64,000 nt of DNA from Bdellovibrionales bacterium (GCA_965219095.1 CBDCMT010000001.1:2304001-2368000), one strand, 5' to 3'; numbered from the stretch's first letter, positions 50,785 through 62,984 are shown. The notes: a model not told the origin generated them from the sequence alone. Program-made: numbers and translations.

Positions 50785-51507
50785 TTATAAAATCTGACTT
50801 AAAAACTCTTTTGTTCTCTTGTGTTTAGGAGATGTAAAAAAAACTTCAGGAGGGGCTTTTTCCACAATACACCCTTCGTCCATAAAAATGATTTCATCGG
50901 CCACCTCCCTTGCAAAGCCCATTTCATGGGTGACACAAACCATAGTCATTCCTTTCTGTCCTAATTCTTTCATCACTTCTAAAACCTCTTTTACCATTTC
51001 GGGATCTAAGGCTGAAGTAGGCTCATCAAAAAGCATAACTTTCGGATTCATACAAAGACTCCTAGCAATAGCCACCCTTTGTTTTTGTCCTCCTGAAAGC
51101 TGCCCTGGGTATTTTTGAGCTTGTTCCGCAATTTTAACCACCCTTAAGTAGTTCATAGCCACCTCTTTTGCTTCCTTTAAAGACTTTTTTTTGACCCACA
51201 CAGGAGCTAAGGTTAAATTCTCTAAGATTGTCAGATGAGGAAACAAATTAAAGTGTTGAAAAACCATACCCACTTCTTCTCTGATTTTAGAAATATTTTT
51301 AACATTATCTGTCAGTTCAAGACCACCCACAAAAATTTGTCCCTTTTGATGGACTTCCAATCGGTTCACACAACGAATCAGTGTTGACTTTCCTGATCCA
51401 CTAGGACCGCAGACAACAACCTTTTTCCCTTTTTTAACTTCTAAGTCAATATCCTTTAAGACATGAAAATCACCAAACCATTTGTTAACCTTTTTTAATA
51501 CAATCAC
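50785..51507 (-). CDS. aapP: amino acid ABC transporter ATPase
   Basis: [22 protein letters not shown]. Confidence 0.92.
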   Translation of the reverse strand: MIVLKKVNKWFGDFHVLKDIDLEVKKGKKVVVCGPSGSGKSTLIRCVNRLEVHQKGQIFVGGLELTDNVKNISKIREEVGMVFQHFNLFPHLTILENLTLAPVWVKKKSLKEAKEVAMNYLRVVKIAEQAQKYPGQLSGGQKQRVAIARSLCMNPKVMLFDEPTSALDPEMVKEVLEVMKELGQKGMTMVCVTHEMGFAREVADEIIFMDEGCIVEKAPPEVFFTSPKHKRTKEFLSQIL

Positions 51508-51528
51508 ATCACACTCCTTTTTAATTTT

Positions 51529-52560
51529 TTACTTCACAAGCTCTGTTTCTAAACGTCTTGAATATTTACCCATAGAAAAACAAAAACCAAAATAAATAAG
51601 AGCTACAAACAAATACACTTCAACACTAAAACCTAACCACTCTGTATCTTGTAAAGACGTTTTAGCTGTCATCAAAAGATCGAACAAAGCAATGATCAAG
51701 ACCAAAGAGGTATCTTTGAAGGTGGAGATAGAAACATTCACAGTAGGAGGTATAACTTTTTTTAAAGCTTGAGGTAAAATCACCCATCTCATTAGTTGGT
51801 AATAATTAAGCCCTAAAGATTGAGCTCCTTCGTATTGACCCTTAGAAATTGCCGCCAATCCTCCTCTTACCACCTCAGCCATATAAGCTGATGTAAACAT
51901 AGTCATAGCAATTAAAGCTCTTAAAAGTTTATCTATACTTATTTCTTCAGGAACAAAAAGAGGGAACATCACTGATGCCATAAACAAAATGGAGATAAGG
52001 GGAACTGCTCTAATAAGCTCAATATAAACAATACAAAAAACCTTCAGTATAGGTAAAGAAGAACGACGACCTAAAGCTAGTAAAATCCCTAAGGGATAAG
52101 AACATGTTAAACTCACAAAAGCCATAATAAGCGTCAAAGGTAAGCCTCCCCAATTAGAAGTGGGAACACTTTTTAAACCCAGACCTCCTGCTAAGAGCCA
52201 ATAGAAAATGATAAGACTAAAAACCCACAAAACAAAAGTCTTTTTTTCCCATCGCAAGGGTTCTCGAGAATAATAAACAAGACTTAAAAAACCCACTATA
52301 GCTGAAATAGGTCTTAACAGCTGATCCTGAGGGTAAAAACCAAAAAGTATGAAGTTCATCTTTTCTATAAGAAAGGCAATACAAGCTCCCCCTTTTTTGC
52401 GACACATTTCAGCATCTCCATAAACAACACTATCTACAAATAACCAATTAAAAAAAGGTATAAAAAAATAAAAAAACATGCTGACTAAAAAAGCTGTAAT
52501 AAATGTGTTGACCCAAGAGGAAAAAAGATTCTTTTTAAGCCAAGAAGGTATTTTTCTCAT
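51529..52560 (-). CDS. aapM: amino acid ABC transporter permease
   Basis: WGGLPLT, AYMAEVVRGGL, FKDTSLV. Confidence 0.9.
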   Translation of the reverse strand: MRKIPSWLKKNLFSSWVNTFITAFLVSMFFYFFIPFFNWLFVDSVVYGDAEMCRKKGGACIAFLIEKMNFILFGFYPQDQLLRPISAIVGFLSLVYYSREPLRWEKKTFVLWVFSLIIFYWLLAGGLGLKSVPTSNWGGLPLTLIMAFVSLTCSYPLGILLALGRRSSLPILKVFCIVYIELIRAVPLISILFMASVMFPLFVPEEISIDKLLRALIAMTMFTSAYMAEVVRGGLAAISKGQYEGAQSLGLNYYQLMRWVILPQALKKVIPPTVNVSISTFKDTSLVLIIALFDLLMTAKTSLQDTEWLGFSVEVYLFVALIYFGFCFSMGKYSRRLETELVK

Positions 52561-53705
52561 TTTTCCACCAGTTGTATCTTTCTGTTATACCAGCCCATAA
52601 AAGAAGCAGTTATTATGTTAAAAACAAAGTAAACTAACATAATTAACAAAATAAGCTCCACAGCCTGTCCTGTTTGATTCAAAGTTGTATTGGCCACATT
52701 TACAAAATCTGGATAAGCAATAGCAACAGCTAGAGAAGAGTTCTTTGTTAGGTTCAAAAACTGACTTGTAAGAGGAGGAACAATGACCCTTAAACCCTGA
52801 GGTATGATAAGAAGCCTTAGAATATTCACTCGACTTAAACCCAAGGATCGCCCAGCCTCCCATTGTCCTTGATCCACAGCCTCTAAACCTGAGCGTACAA
52901 TCTCTCCTGTAAAAGCTCCCGTATACAAAATCAGTCCTAAAAGCAAAGCACTTAACTCTGGAGATAAAGAGCTTCCTCCTTCAAAATTAAATCCTTCTAA
53001 TTGAGGCAGACTCCAAGAAAAACTTTGACTTTGGCTTACAAAAAACCAAAAAAGCAAGACAAGAAGCACAAAAGCTCCTCCTAAGAGAGAATGAAGAGGA
53101 AATTTTTTAGACGTTCTCTCTTTATAACTAGTAGCCCATCGACGTAGAAAAAACCAAAGTACAAGAATTAAAAACAAAGCTATAAAACAAAAGTACAAAA
53201 CATCAGACCAAGGAAAAAAAAGTCCTCTGTTAGAAAGAAAGACAAAGGGTAAAACTTCATAAGCCTCTCTTACGCTAGGAAGCCCTTGATTGAAAAGGGA
53301 ATACCAAAAAAAAAGTTGCAATAAAAGAGGAGTGTTTCTAAACAAATGTACATAAGAGCGACAAATGAATCTTAAAAGAAAGTTTTCAGAGAAACTCAAT
53401 ATACCAAATAGAAACCCCAGAATGAGAGTAAAAATATTTCCTATAATAGCCACCTTTATAGTGTTTAAAATTCCTATACCAAGGGCTTTTAAATACGTAT
53501 CATCACTGCTATAAGGTATGAAAGTTTCGCTAATTTCAAAACCTGCATTTTGAAACAAAAAACCAAAACCTGAAGCAATATTTTGCCTTTTAAGATTCTC
53601 TTGTAATTGAGAAAATAAAGTAAAAAGCACAAAACCAACACAAAAGAGAAAAAGAGCTTGTAATAAAATGGAACGTTTTTTCTCTCCGTAAAGCCAGCTT
53701 TTCAT
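52557..53705 (-). CDS. aapQ: amino acid ABC transporter permease
   Basis: GFGFL, RNTPLLLQL, GFNFEGG, LTKNSSLA. Confidence 0.9.
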   Translation of the reverse strand: MKSWLYGEKKRSILLQALFLFCVGFVLFTLFSQLQENLKRQNIASGFGFLFQNAGFEISETFIPYSSDDTYLKALGIGILNTIKVAIIGNIFTLILGFLFGILSFSENFLLRFICRSYVHLFRNTPLLLQLFFWYSLFNQGLPSVREAYEVLPFVFLSNRGLFFPWSDVLYFCFIALFLILVLWFFLRRWATSYKERTSKKFPLHSLLGGAFVLLVLLFWFFVSQSQSFSWSLPQLEGFNFEGGSSLSPELSALLLGLILYTGAFTGEIVRSGLEAVDQGQWEAGRSLGLSRVNILRLLIIPQGLRVIVPPLTSQFLNLTKNSSLAVAIAYPDFVNVANTTLNQTGQAVELILLIMLVYFVFNIITASFMGWYNRKIQLVEK

Positions 53706-53723
53706 TATTGCAAACGAAAGAGA

Positions 53724-54734
53724 TTAACGAACAGGGGGGGAATAATGAAGCCCTCCTTTTGTCCATAGATTGTTAAGACCTCTTTTGATATTTAGCTTTG
53801 TTTTTGAACCTAAATTTCTTTCAAAAATCTCGCCATAATTACCTACGTGCTTTACTACATGATAAGCCCAACGTTCATTTAAACCTAAAGCTTTTCCATT
53901 TCCTTTAATAACACCTAAAAACCTTTTCACATCAGGGTTTCGACTTCTTTTCATAGAAGATACATTTTTAGATGTAATTCCCATTTCCTCTGCAGCTATA
54001 AGAGCAAAAACGGTCCACTTTACAACATCAAACCACTGATCATCTCCATGACGAACAACAGGTGCCAAAGGCTCTTTTGAAATGATCTTTTTTAAAATAA
54101 CATATTGTTTAGGATTCTGCAGTTTAGTTCGATCTCCTGCTAAACTAGAAGCATCAGCTGTTACCACATCACAACGTTTTTTCACAAAAGCATGAACCAT
54201 CTCATCTCTCGATTCAAAAACAAGAGGTTTAAATTTCATTTTATGACTTTTAAAATAATCAGCTAAGCCTAATTCTGTTGTTGTTCCTTGAGAAACACAA
54301 ATAGTAGCACCATTTAGTTTTTTTAAAGTTTTAATTTTTGCAGACTTTCTCAACATAAAACCCTGGCCGTCGTAATAAGTTACAGGAGCAAAGTTAAGTC
54401 CTTGAGCTGTATCTCTTTGCAGATTCCAAGTCGTGTTTCTTGAAAGTACATCAACCTCCCCCGATTGCAAAGCTGTAAACCTTTGCTGTGTCGTTAAGGG
54501 AATGAATTTTAATTGATTAGGTTTTCCAAAAACAGCAGCAGAAACAGCACGACATATATCCACATCCAAACCTTTCCACTTTCCTTTACTGTCAGAACTG
54601 GAAAAACCCGGTAACCCCGTATTTACCCCGCAAGCAATATAACCTCTTTTTTTCACTGTACCTAAAGTATTTCCGTAGGATACAGAAAAACTTAGAAAAC
54701 ATAAGATGATGATTAAAAATTTGATAGTTTTCAT
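53724..54734 (-). CDS. aapJ: general L-amino acid ABC transporter substrate-binding protein
   Basis: RFTALQSGEVDVLSRNTTW, ISKEPL, VGNYGEIFERN. Confidence 0.92.
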   Translation of the reverse strand: MKTIKFLIIILCFLSFSVSYGNTLGTVKKRGYIACGVNTGLPGFSSSDSKGKWKGLDVDICRAVSAAVFGKPNQLKFIPLTTQQRFTALQSGEVDVLSRNTTWNLQRDTAQGLNFAPVTYYDGQGFMLRKSAKIKTLKKLNGATICVSQGTTTELGLADYFKSHKMKFKPLVFESRDEMVHAFVKKRCDVVTADASSLAGDRTKLQNPKQYVILKKIISKEPLAPVVRHGDDQWFDVVKWTVFALIAAEEMGITSKNVSSMKRSRNPDVKRFLGVIKGNGKALGLNERWAYHVVKHVGNYGEIFERNLGSKTKLNIKRGLNNLWTKGGLHYSPPVR

Positions 54735-54866
54735 ACTTTTAACTCCTTTCAGATAAACATAATAGCATTATTGTTATGCATATTTCAAATAGAAAAAACG
54801 TCTTAAAAAAAATTATGCAGTGTGGTATCTCATGAAACTTCAAGCTACAAAAGCTAGACTAAAGAT

Positions 54867-55166
54867 ATGGCACTGTTTTTAAGTTCCTTATGTATAATCG
54901 TATGTATTTGCATAACCTTTATTTTCCCCCTTATCCTTAGAGACTTCTTTTCGAATCAAACAACTTTATCCACTACATCTACATTTATAAGGTTTACATT
55001 CATAAGCCTTCTTTCTCTTCATAGTTTATTAATGTTCTTAGATTACCTTAAAAGGCCCCACTCAACATCTAAGCTTTGGCTTTTTATTATCTTTATTCCT
55101 TTTACTTCACTTTACTATTTCTTCTTCACCTATATACCCAGTGAAATCAGAAAAATAAAAAGATAA
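54867..55166 (+). CDS. small membrane protein
   Basis: About three TM segments. Confidence 0.5.
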   Translation: MALFLSSLCIIVCICITFIFPLILRDFFSNQTTLSTTSTFIRFTFISLLSLHSLLMFLDYLKRPHSTSKLWLFIIFIPFTSLYYFFFTYIPSEIRKIKR

Positions 55167-55278
55167 ACTATTGATAGTGTTGATATCTACACTGATTGCA
55201 CTTCAAAATCCACACATTAATTTTTTAGGAAGAATCATACACATGGAAGTTGTAGGTCAAGAGGCTGCTTAATTCTTT

Positions 55279-56812
55279 GTAACTGCTCACTCTCGTAAGT
55301 TTTTATTTAAAGCCATAGAGATGGCTTCTAAAGAAGAATACCCTCTATTTCTCATTGTTTTAACATAGCTGGTAATGCGACAAAAATATTTCGCCATTTC
55401 TTCTGTTCTGAAACACCCTGACACTTTCTTTTTCACTTTAGTCATTCTTAGATCTCTTTCAGCTCTGTTATTAGTAGGATCTACGTTCTTTCTTTTAGAA
55501 AAACACAGTATTTCTGCTTCATACTTTTTAAATCGCAGCCAAAGGTTTTGAGCTTGTGTATGCTTTATTCGTCCTTTCTTGCCATTTTTTTTAGGAAATT
55601 CTGGAAGCTCTTTTAAGCCTTTTGTAAGAATACTCCTATACCTTCTCTGAAGAGTTTCGTACTCTTTTTGAGTCAGAACTCTTGACTCTTTTTTATGAAC
55701 TAACTCCACAGTCTCTTTAAGAAGTTTTTTGAGATTTATAGCCCATTTGAATCCATTGCTTTCTTCTATAAATTTAAGCTCTCTCAAAAGGTGAGCCACA
55801 CACAAAGCATGAGTTATCTTATCATAACAAAAGTAAGGACTCCAACAATCATGCACAAGCACTCCTCCATATCTATCCAAGAGACCAATATCTTTTATGG
55901 CTTCCCTTCCACCTGAAAGGTGGAGAAACTGCAAGACTAATTCTCCTGAACTATAAGTATGAATCCAGTAGTTTTTACCCTTAACCCTCATAGAGGTCTC
56001 ATCAACATGAATGACCTCTGATTCAAGTATCTTTTCTTTCATCTGCTCTTCCCAACTTTTAAGAAACTCTCCTAATTCAGCAATGTATCTCAACATAACT
56101 GCAGGAGAAATCATTCGACCTATAAGCCCCATGTAATGTTCCCCAACACGCTCTAAAAGACAGCATCTGAACTATAATGAAATTGATGATGGAAGCTCTA
56201 ATGCCTATACCATACTGAAGAGGACCACTCATACCTTTAGGGAATTGACCTTTATTTCTAGCTCCACATGAGGGACAATCCTTAACTTCAGAAGTTACAG
56301 TATGGGTCTGAATTTCATAAAAAATATCAATCTTTTTACGCTTCTCAAGGCTTTTTACCTCTGCTGTCTTTAAACACATCCCACACTGAGAACACTCTGA
56401 GGGAGAGACAGTCTCCTCACTGTTTTGTATCTTTACTGTTATCAAGTCTAGAGCCCTTTTTCTGACTCCCACTAGCTTTCTTATTACGATTCCCTTGACG
56501 ACTAAAATCTTGCGAAGGAGGAAGACCGCTGTTGCTGGAATTTTTTCGAACCTGTTTTTCTAAAAACACAACAATCAGAATGTTCACAACCTTAAAGAGA
56601 GATTCAACAATCACAGAAATCTCAGTAGGCACAGAACCTTTCTTTGCAAACTTATCAAAGTCACTTCTTATATTTTCAATCTCATTTCTGATGGAGGTCT
56701 TATTTATTGTCATTTGAAAAAAGTATTTAAAAGAAAATCTGTAAGAACAAGACTTTTATCTTAAAACAGGTCTAAAGTTAGGGATAACTGAACAATGTAG
56801 GTGAGCAGTTAC
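55279..56812 (-). mobile_element. IS66-family IS, second copy, without TSD
   Basis: Near-identical to 4201-5734, including both frameshifts; flanks AATTCTTT and AAAGGATT differ. Confidence 0.95.
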
Positions 56813-57511
56813 AAAGGATTTACCATACTGGAACTTTTAGTTACAGTGGCTGTAGTAGGTGTTTTAGCCAGCATAGCACACTCAGCTTATGACAACTACA
56901 AAAGAAGAGCTATTGCTTCTAACGGAAAAGTCTTAGTATCTGGTCTTTTTAAAATGTATAAAACTTTGCTTTATGAAAGAAATGTTGGAACATTAGTACA
57001 AAAATACGGAAACCAGCTTTATTTTCCGGCTCAATTTAAACTTGATAGTTTTACGGAGGATTTTTATGATTTAGCATGTCCAAATGATGGATCTGTATCT
57101 TATTTTACAACTTTTTTATCGATTTATGCTGGTACAGGAGGTATTGCTATACAATTAAGCAGTCTCCCAAAGTCGCAAATCTCATTGGAAATAAAACATA
57201 GGTGGTGTAATCATAAATACAAAGCTAACAGAGGAGCTACAGATATTACATCTTGGTCAAGCTTCCCATTAAGCCCTTATCCTGGGAGTGCAAATCCTCA
57301 TATGATTAATCCTAACCGTTTGGAGTTTCATTCGTACTGTAAAAACACAGTAGGAAAAACGTTGTACAGTCCTAATGCAATTTTTTGCTTCGATGGAGTT
57401 GGTGTCCGCATGTGGGGTGATAAAACCATAAGAGTATGCCCTAAAATGAATCCAATGAGTCCAAATCCCGGAATTTGGACTCCCGATACTTGTGGCGGGC
57501 CTGTTCAATAA
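56801..57511 (+). CDS. type IV pilin-like protein whose leader is replaced by the IS66 end
   Basis: KG|FTILELLVTVAVVGVLASIA prepilin cleavage/methylation motif; codons 1-4 lie within the IS IR. Confidence 0.8.
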   Translation: MSSYKGFTILELLVTVAVVGVLASIAHSAYDNYKRRAIASNGKVLVSGLFKMYKTLLYERNVGTLVQKYGNQLYFPAQFKLDSFTEDFYDLACPNDGSVSYFTTFLSIYAGTGGIAIQLSSLPKSQISLEIKHRWCNHKYKANRGATDITSWSSFPLSPYPGSANPHMINPNRLEFHSYCKNTVGKTLYSPNAIFCFDGVGVRMWGDKTIRVCPKMNPMSPNPGIWTPDTCGGPVQ

Positions 57512-57589
57512 ATTTAAGAAACCCTCTGAACTGTGTGGTAGTATGAGTCGAAATAGTGAACTTTTTTTAAAAGGTCTCATCCTTATTTC

Positions 57590-57735
57590 CTGATTTTTTT
57601 CAAATTCTAAAGGGGTTTTTCTAAATAGAATGAAGGTGTTGAGTATTGTAATAAAAGCTTCAATCCACTCAAAAATTTCTATTTCAACTTGCTTGAAAGA
57701 GGTCTACTTCTTAAATCCCAGTTCTCGTTTCAGTT
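57590..57735 (-). pseudogene. IS3-family transposase C-terminal scrap
   Basis: LKRELG...IEIFEWIEAF/YYNTQHLHS...TPLEFEK, with stops and frameshifts. Confidence 0.55.
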
Positions 57736-57790
57736 GAGAAAATAAAAAGCTTTCACTATAGGTATTATCTTCGTTACACAATTTAATTTA

Positions 57791-59478
57791 CCCAAATTCC
57801 ACGCTAAAAATGATCACTACTGGTTTTCATTTCTCTGAGAAGTTTTTTGTCAATAGCCTTTATGATATTTTCTTGAATTTTGCTTAGAGCAACTGTTCGA
57901 GACATTTGAATTTTTTTCTTTTTATCAGAAAAATAAACTTTGTACAGGTTCTCTAGCTCTTTTAATGCTTGAATTAGCGAAATATCCAAATTGTAGAGAT
58001 GTAACTTTAATACGGAAAGCAGAAGATAAGATAAATAACAAATAAAAACATGAGCCACTACTCTGTTGCAAAGCCAGTGTCGCACAGGATTTAAATTTGT
58101 AACTCCTTTTAAAATTCTGAAAGCTCTTTCTACGACATCTTTATCAAAATAAAGTTTGACCATATCTTTACCAGAAATATTCTTTGTAGAAAATATACAG
58201 GAGTACCCATCAAATTCTTCTGCTTTTTTCAGCTCCTGATCCCTGATCTTTCCTGTGGGAGTTAGATATTTTTTCAGCCCCTCCTTAATGGACTTGTTTT
58301 GAGATAGACAGTTTTGAGCAGCAACTATCTCATCATATCTCGCCTCTCGAATTGCATCCTTTCTTTTATGGTTGTAGCAGATTGCCAGTTTTCCTTTAAC
58401 TTGGCCAAATGTATAATTCATGCTTTTAACGTAAAAAGTATTCTTGTTCAAAATTACCCTATTTGAAACGTTTACTATAGAACCGGACTTTAAAAAATTT
58501 CGTACTGTCTTCTTCTCAACCTCTCTCATAGGAATTCCGCACAATGTATTCCAACCCAATTCCCCTGTAAGAAAGGTTTTTAGACGATGCTATACCTCGA
58601 TCATACACCAATAGGCCAGAACGAAGATTGTATTCTGAAAAACTATTAACAAGTGCCGTCAATGTCCTGCTATCGTGAATGTTACCCTTAAAGGTCTTGT
58701 GAAAAACAGGAATCCCTTCTTCTTGAGTTACAGCAAGACCTATCTGAATCAGAGGACTCTTCCTTTTCCCATCTTTGCTGTACCCTGGGTTACCTAGTTG
58801 ACATTTACTTCCATAAAAATAAGTGTTAGTAACATCAGACAATTTTATTAGATGATAACTTGTATTCTTTTTTAACATTTTCAAAAATACGTTTCTGCAA
58901 AGATGGAGCCTTGGATTCGTTAAGCTGATCGAGAGCTGAAAAAAGCCTTCTTTCAGTCAGCCCATCTAAGTTTAAAATGCTGTTTAAATCTGTTCGTTCA
59001 TACCATGATGGCATATTATTGACGCTTCTGTAATCCAAGCAATGAGCATAGACCATACTTAGTATTTCATCTGAATAATTGCCAAGAACTTCGGGAAGAC
59101 CAACTTTTTTTGCAAGGGCATGAAGAACAATCAAGGGACCACTGATCTTAACTTTATCGAATTGAATGTTCTCGGAAGATATAGAGATAACACGCTTATG
59201 ATTCACCTCCTTTCCAAGATATCTCAAGTACTTCTGTACGACCTTGCCCTTGACCCGGACATTTTTCACCTCTGCTAAATAAGTGCTGCCTCCTCTTTTA
59301 ATCTTCTTTATAAAACTCATAGTAGTTACCATTATGGTAACTACTTAAAAATAGAAGGGCAAGAGCTTTTCACAGAAAAAAAAGGCAATAACCCCATTTT
59401 TACTGGAAAACTTCCATCTTATGGAACTTATCTTACTGTTAGAGCAATGTAGTGATCATTTTTAGCGTGGAATTTGGG
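57791..59478 (-). mobile_element. IS1634-family IS, full length, transposase frameshifted twice
   Basis: IRs CCCAAATTCCACGCTAAAAATGATCACTAC; TAATTTA on both flanks; DVTNTYF, GYSKDGK, VYDRG, VERAFRILK and AHVFIC motifs. Confidence 0.93.
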
Positions 59479-59532
59479 TAATTTACAGACTTACTTTTCT
59501 TGCTTGACTTACTGGTCATCCATATGAGTATA

Positions 59533-62058
59533 TTAACAGTCACTTAAAACAACATGCATATCATTGGCAGAAACTTTTACTTTTTTAAGTTTTTTTATAT
59601 CCTCTGAAATGATCTTCTGACTTAAAGGGTTTAAAATTTCTAATTGTAAAGCTCTCTTTAAAGGCCTTGCTCCGTAAACAGGATCATAACCTCTTTTAGC
59701 AATAAACTCTACAACCTTTTTATCAAATTCTAATTCAATATTTTTCTCTAGAACTCTTCTTTTTATATCTTCAAATTGAAGCCTTACAATGGTTTCAATG
59801 GATTCTTTTCCTAAAGAATCAAAGACAATAATTTCATCAACACGGTTTAAGAATTCAGGACGAAAATGATTCTTTAACTCCCCTTTAGGAAGATTAGAGG
59901 TCATCACAATAACACTGTTTTTAAAGTTTACCTTACGTCCTTGGCTATCGGTAAGATGTCCTTCATCTAAGATTTGTAACAAAGTGTGAAAAATATCAGG
60001 GTGAGCTTTTTCAATTTCGTCAAAAAGAATAACAGAATAAGGCTTTCTTCTCACAGGCTCTGTTAATTGCCCTCCCTGTTCATAACCTACGTAGCCGGGA
60101 GGTGCTCCTAAAAGTCTTGCCACAGAATGTTTTTCCATATATTCGCTCATATCAATACGAATGATCTCATCCTCATCATCAAACAAAAACTCTGAAAGAG
60201 CTTTTACAGTCTCTGTTTTTCCCACTCCTGTAACTCCTAAAAACATAAAACTTCCAATAGGTCTTTTCGGATCAGAGATCTCAGCTCTTGCTCTTCTTAT
60301 GGCATGAGAAATAAGAGACAAGGCTTTACCCTGGCCTATCACTCTTTTAGATAAGCTCTCCTCCATATTCATAAGCTTTTTTTTCTCTGAATCGAGCATT
60401 TTTTGAACAGGGACCCCTGTCCACTGGCTTACGACTTGAGCAATTTCCTCAACCCCTACCTCCTCTTTAAGAAGTTCATAGTTTTTATTTTTCTTAAGGT
60501 TCTCTTGAGTAAGTCCCTTTAATTCTTTTTCTAGCTTAGGGAGAACTCCATATTTTAATTCTGCTGCTTTAGAGAGATCACTTTTCCTCTCTGCTTGTTC
60601 AATATCAATTTTTACTTTTTCAATATCCTGTTTTAAAGCTTTAAGCTTTGAAATCTTAGACTTCTCTTTTTCCCAAAGAGCTGAAAACCTCTTTTGTTCT
60701 TTAAGTTTACTTTCTAACTCCTTATTTACTTCTTTTAGCCTTTCTTCATACTGGGAGTCCTTTTCTTTTTTTAAAGCTTCTTTTTCAATCTGAAGATGAC
60801 GAATTTTCCTTCTTAAAGAATCAAGGCTTGCAGGTACACTGTTGATTTCAATATTCAAACGGCTTGCAGCTTCATCTACAAGGTCAATAGCCTTATCAGG
60901 AAGAAATCTATTCGAAATATAACGATCAGATAATTTCACAGCCTGTATTAAAGCACTATCTTTAATGCTCACACCATGATAAAGTTCGTACTTTTCTTTT
61001 AAACCTCGTAAAATGGTGATAGCATCTTCTAGACTGGGTTCTTTTACTAAAACAGTCTGAAACCTTCTTTCTAAAGCTTTGTCTTTTTCAATATACTGTC
61101 TATACTCATCTAAAGTAGTCGCCCCAACGGCTCTTAACTCCCCTCTTGCTAAAGCAGGTTTTAAAATCTGACCTGCATCCATAGCCCCCTCTGTTTTCCC
61201 TGCACCTATAAGAGTGTGAAGCTCATCAATAAATAAAATAATCTCTCCTTGAGAGTCAGTGACCTCTTTCACCACAGCCTTAAGCCGATCCTCAAATTCA
61301 CCTCGGTATTTTGCTCCAGCAACAAGACTTGCTAGATCCAAAACTAAAACTCTTTTGTTAAACAAAACATGGGGAACGTCTTTGTTGCAAATTCTTACTG
61401 CTAAACCCTCAGCAATAGCTGTTTTCCCTACACCAGCTTCTCCTACTAAAACAGGATTATTCTTAGTGCGACGGGATAGAATCTGAATTACACGTCTAAT
61501 CTCACTATCTCTTCCTATAACAGGATCCAATTTAGACTGACTGGCCAATTGAGTAAGATCACGAGTATATTTTTCTAAAACTTGGCACTTGTTTTCAGGA
61601 TGAATGTCGGTCACTTTTTTATCTCCTTTTATTTTTTGGATTTGAAGTTGAAAGTTTTCTTTTGTGATATCATAATTTTGATAAATCTCTTTAAAGTCAT
61701 CAAAAGAAGAGAGGAAAAAGTGTTCTGTAGAAATGAACTGATCCCCTGAATTTCGAGCTAAACTTTCAGAGCTTTTCAAAGCTTCTCCTAAACTTAAACC
61801 TAGATCTGTTTGATAAACTTGCTTTTTTTGAACCTGAGGTAAAATTTCTATCTTTTTTTTAAACTCTCTTTTTATAAGGTTTAAGTCCTGTAGTCCACAA
61901 GCCTTAAAAGCTTGAGAGGGAATGCTATCACTGTCTTTTAAAATTTCAAACAAAAGATGAACAAGTTCTACTGAAAGATTCTTATGAGACTGGGCTAAAA
62001 ATAAAGCCTCCTCAAAAGCTTCTCGACTTTTTTCAGTTAATTTTTGTAAAGCTTTCAT
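59533..62058 (-). CDS. clpB: ATP-dependent chaperone ClpB
   Basis: Two AAA+ modules, coiled-coil M domain (AAELKYG), GAPPGYVGY. Confidence 0.96.
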   Translation of the reverse strand: MKALQKLTEKSREAFEEALFLAQSHKNLSVELVHLLFEILKDSDSIPSQAFKACGLQDLNLIKREFKKKIEILPQVQKKQVYQTDLGLSLGEALKSSESLARNSGDQFISTEHFFLSSFDDFKEIYQNYDITKENFQLQIQKIKGDKKVTDIHPENKCQVLEKYTRDLTQLASQSKLDPVIGRDSEIRRVIQILSRRTKNNPVLVGEAGVGKTAIAEGLAVRICNKDVPHVLFNKRVLVLDLASLVAGAKYRGEFEDRLKAVVKEVTDSQGEIILFIDELHTLIGAGKTEGAMDAGQILKPALARGELRAVGATTLDEYRQYIEKDKALERRFQTVLVKEPSLEDAITILRGLKEKYELYHGVSIKDSALIQAVKLSDRYISNRFLPDKAIDLVDEAASRLNIEINSVPASLDSLRRKIRHLQIEKEALKKEKDSQYEERLKEVNKELESKLKEQKRFSALWEKEKSKISKLKALKQDIEKVKIDIEQAERKSDLSKAAELKYGVLPKLEKELKGLTQENLKKNKNYELLKEEVGVEEIAQVVSQWTGVPVQKMLDSEKKKLMNMEESLSKRVIGQGKALSLISHAIRRARAEISDPKRPIGSFMFLGVTGVGKTETVKALSEFLFDDEDEIIRIDMSEYMEKHSVARLLGAPPGYVGYEQGGQLTEPVRRKPYSVILFDEIEKAHPDIFHTLLQILDEGHLTDSQGRKVNFKNSVIVMTSNLPKGELKNHFRPEFLNRVDEIIVFDSLGKESIETIVRLQFEDIKRRVLEKNIELEFDKKVVEFIAKRGYDPVYGARPLKRALQLEILNPLSQKIISEDIKKLKKVKVSANDMHVVLSDC

Positions 62059-62114
62059 CTCAAACCTCCTTATGTTAACCTTGTGTCGTATTTTTAATTT
62101 GTCAATAAAAGCCT

Positions 62115-62339
62115 ATGAATAAGAAGTTAAACAAAGGAATAATTTACGATCCCGTTTCTCCTGGCGATTTTCTAAAACTCAACTTCACTTACTGCTGTGA
62201 ACAATGCAGTTACTTTGATTGGTCTGAACAAAAGTGCTCTTTAGGACATGTTCATGAACTTCACCTCAGAAGAAATCAAATCAAATCTTATGTCGAGTGG
62301 GGACATATGGCTTTTTGCAGAAGCCATGAGATTGATTAG
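62115..62339 (+). CDS. small Cys/His-rich protein
   Basis: CCEQC...CSLGH...H...FCR. Confidence 0.6.
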   Translation: MNKKLNKGIIYDPVSPGDFLKLNFTYCCEQCSYFDWSEQKCSLGHVHELHLRRNQIKSYVEWGHMAFCRSHEID

Positions 62340-62426
62340 GCATGTCATAAAGAAAAAATTCTTTTCATAATTTTTTTTTTAGGCATAATAAATTAAGACA
62401 GTAAGAAATATTAAGGAGTTAAGTAT

Positions 62427-62984
62427 ATGACCAAGAAAAGAAAAAAAACCACAAAAAAATCAGTAAAAAAAGCAAAAAAAACATCAAAAAAATTGAAGAA
62501 AAAACTCTCAAAAAAAAGAAGACAAACTGCAAAAAAACGTGTCCTCAAACGAAAGAGAAAAGTTTCTAAAAAGAAGTCTCTAACAAAGAAAAAAAGAAAA
62601 ACTCAAAGTAAAGTCAGTAAAAAAAAGCATCTAAAAAAGAAGAAAAGAAAAAGTACAAAAAAATCACATTCAAGCTCTAAAAAGAGGAAGGCGAAAAAAA
62701 AGACTCTTTCTAAAAAACCAAAATCATTGTTGAAAAAAGGCACTCAATTTACATCTCAGAAAGAGTTGTCAGAAAAAGAGATTCAAAAAGAAAAGTCCAT
62801 AAAAGATATTTATCTCAATTCCAACGTAAATAAAGGAAGTTTAGATAATGTTTTAAATGATCAAAGTGATCCCCTAGAAGAGGGTTCATTAGGTGACAAT
62901 TTTGATCCGGAAGCTCAAAACGATGAGTCTTTATACCAAGACGATGATTATGATGAAGAGGACGACGAAGAAAATTATTTCTAA
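62427..62984 (+). CDS. histone H1-like Lys-rich protein with acidic tail
   Basis: AAGGAG Shine-Dalgarno; ~105 residues dominated by K/R/S/T; C-terminus DDDYDEEDDEENYF. Confidence 0.75.
   Translation: MTKKRKKTTKKSVKKAKKTSKKLKKKLSKKRRQTAKKRVLKRKRKVSKKKSLTKKKRKTQSKVSKKKHLKKKKRKSTKKSHSSSKKRKAKKKTLSKKPKSLLKKGTQFTSQKELSEKEIQKEKSIKDIYLNSNVNKGSLDNVLNDQSDPLEEGSLGDNFDPEAQNDESLYQDDDYDEEDDEENYF

Noticed and set aside
54888..54903. sigma-54 promoter TGGCAC
   Set aside because: No -12 TTGC at the correct spacing, and it lies inside an ORF.
62053..62080. dif site (TTATGTTAA)
   Set aside because: Only a XerD-like half is present; the other arm is the clpB start and Shine-Dalgarno.
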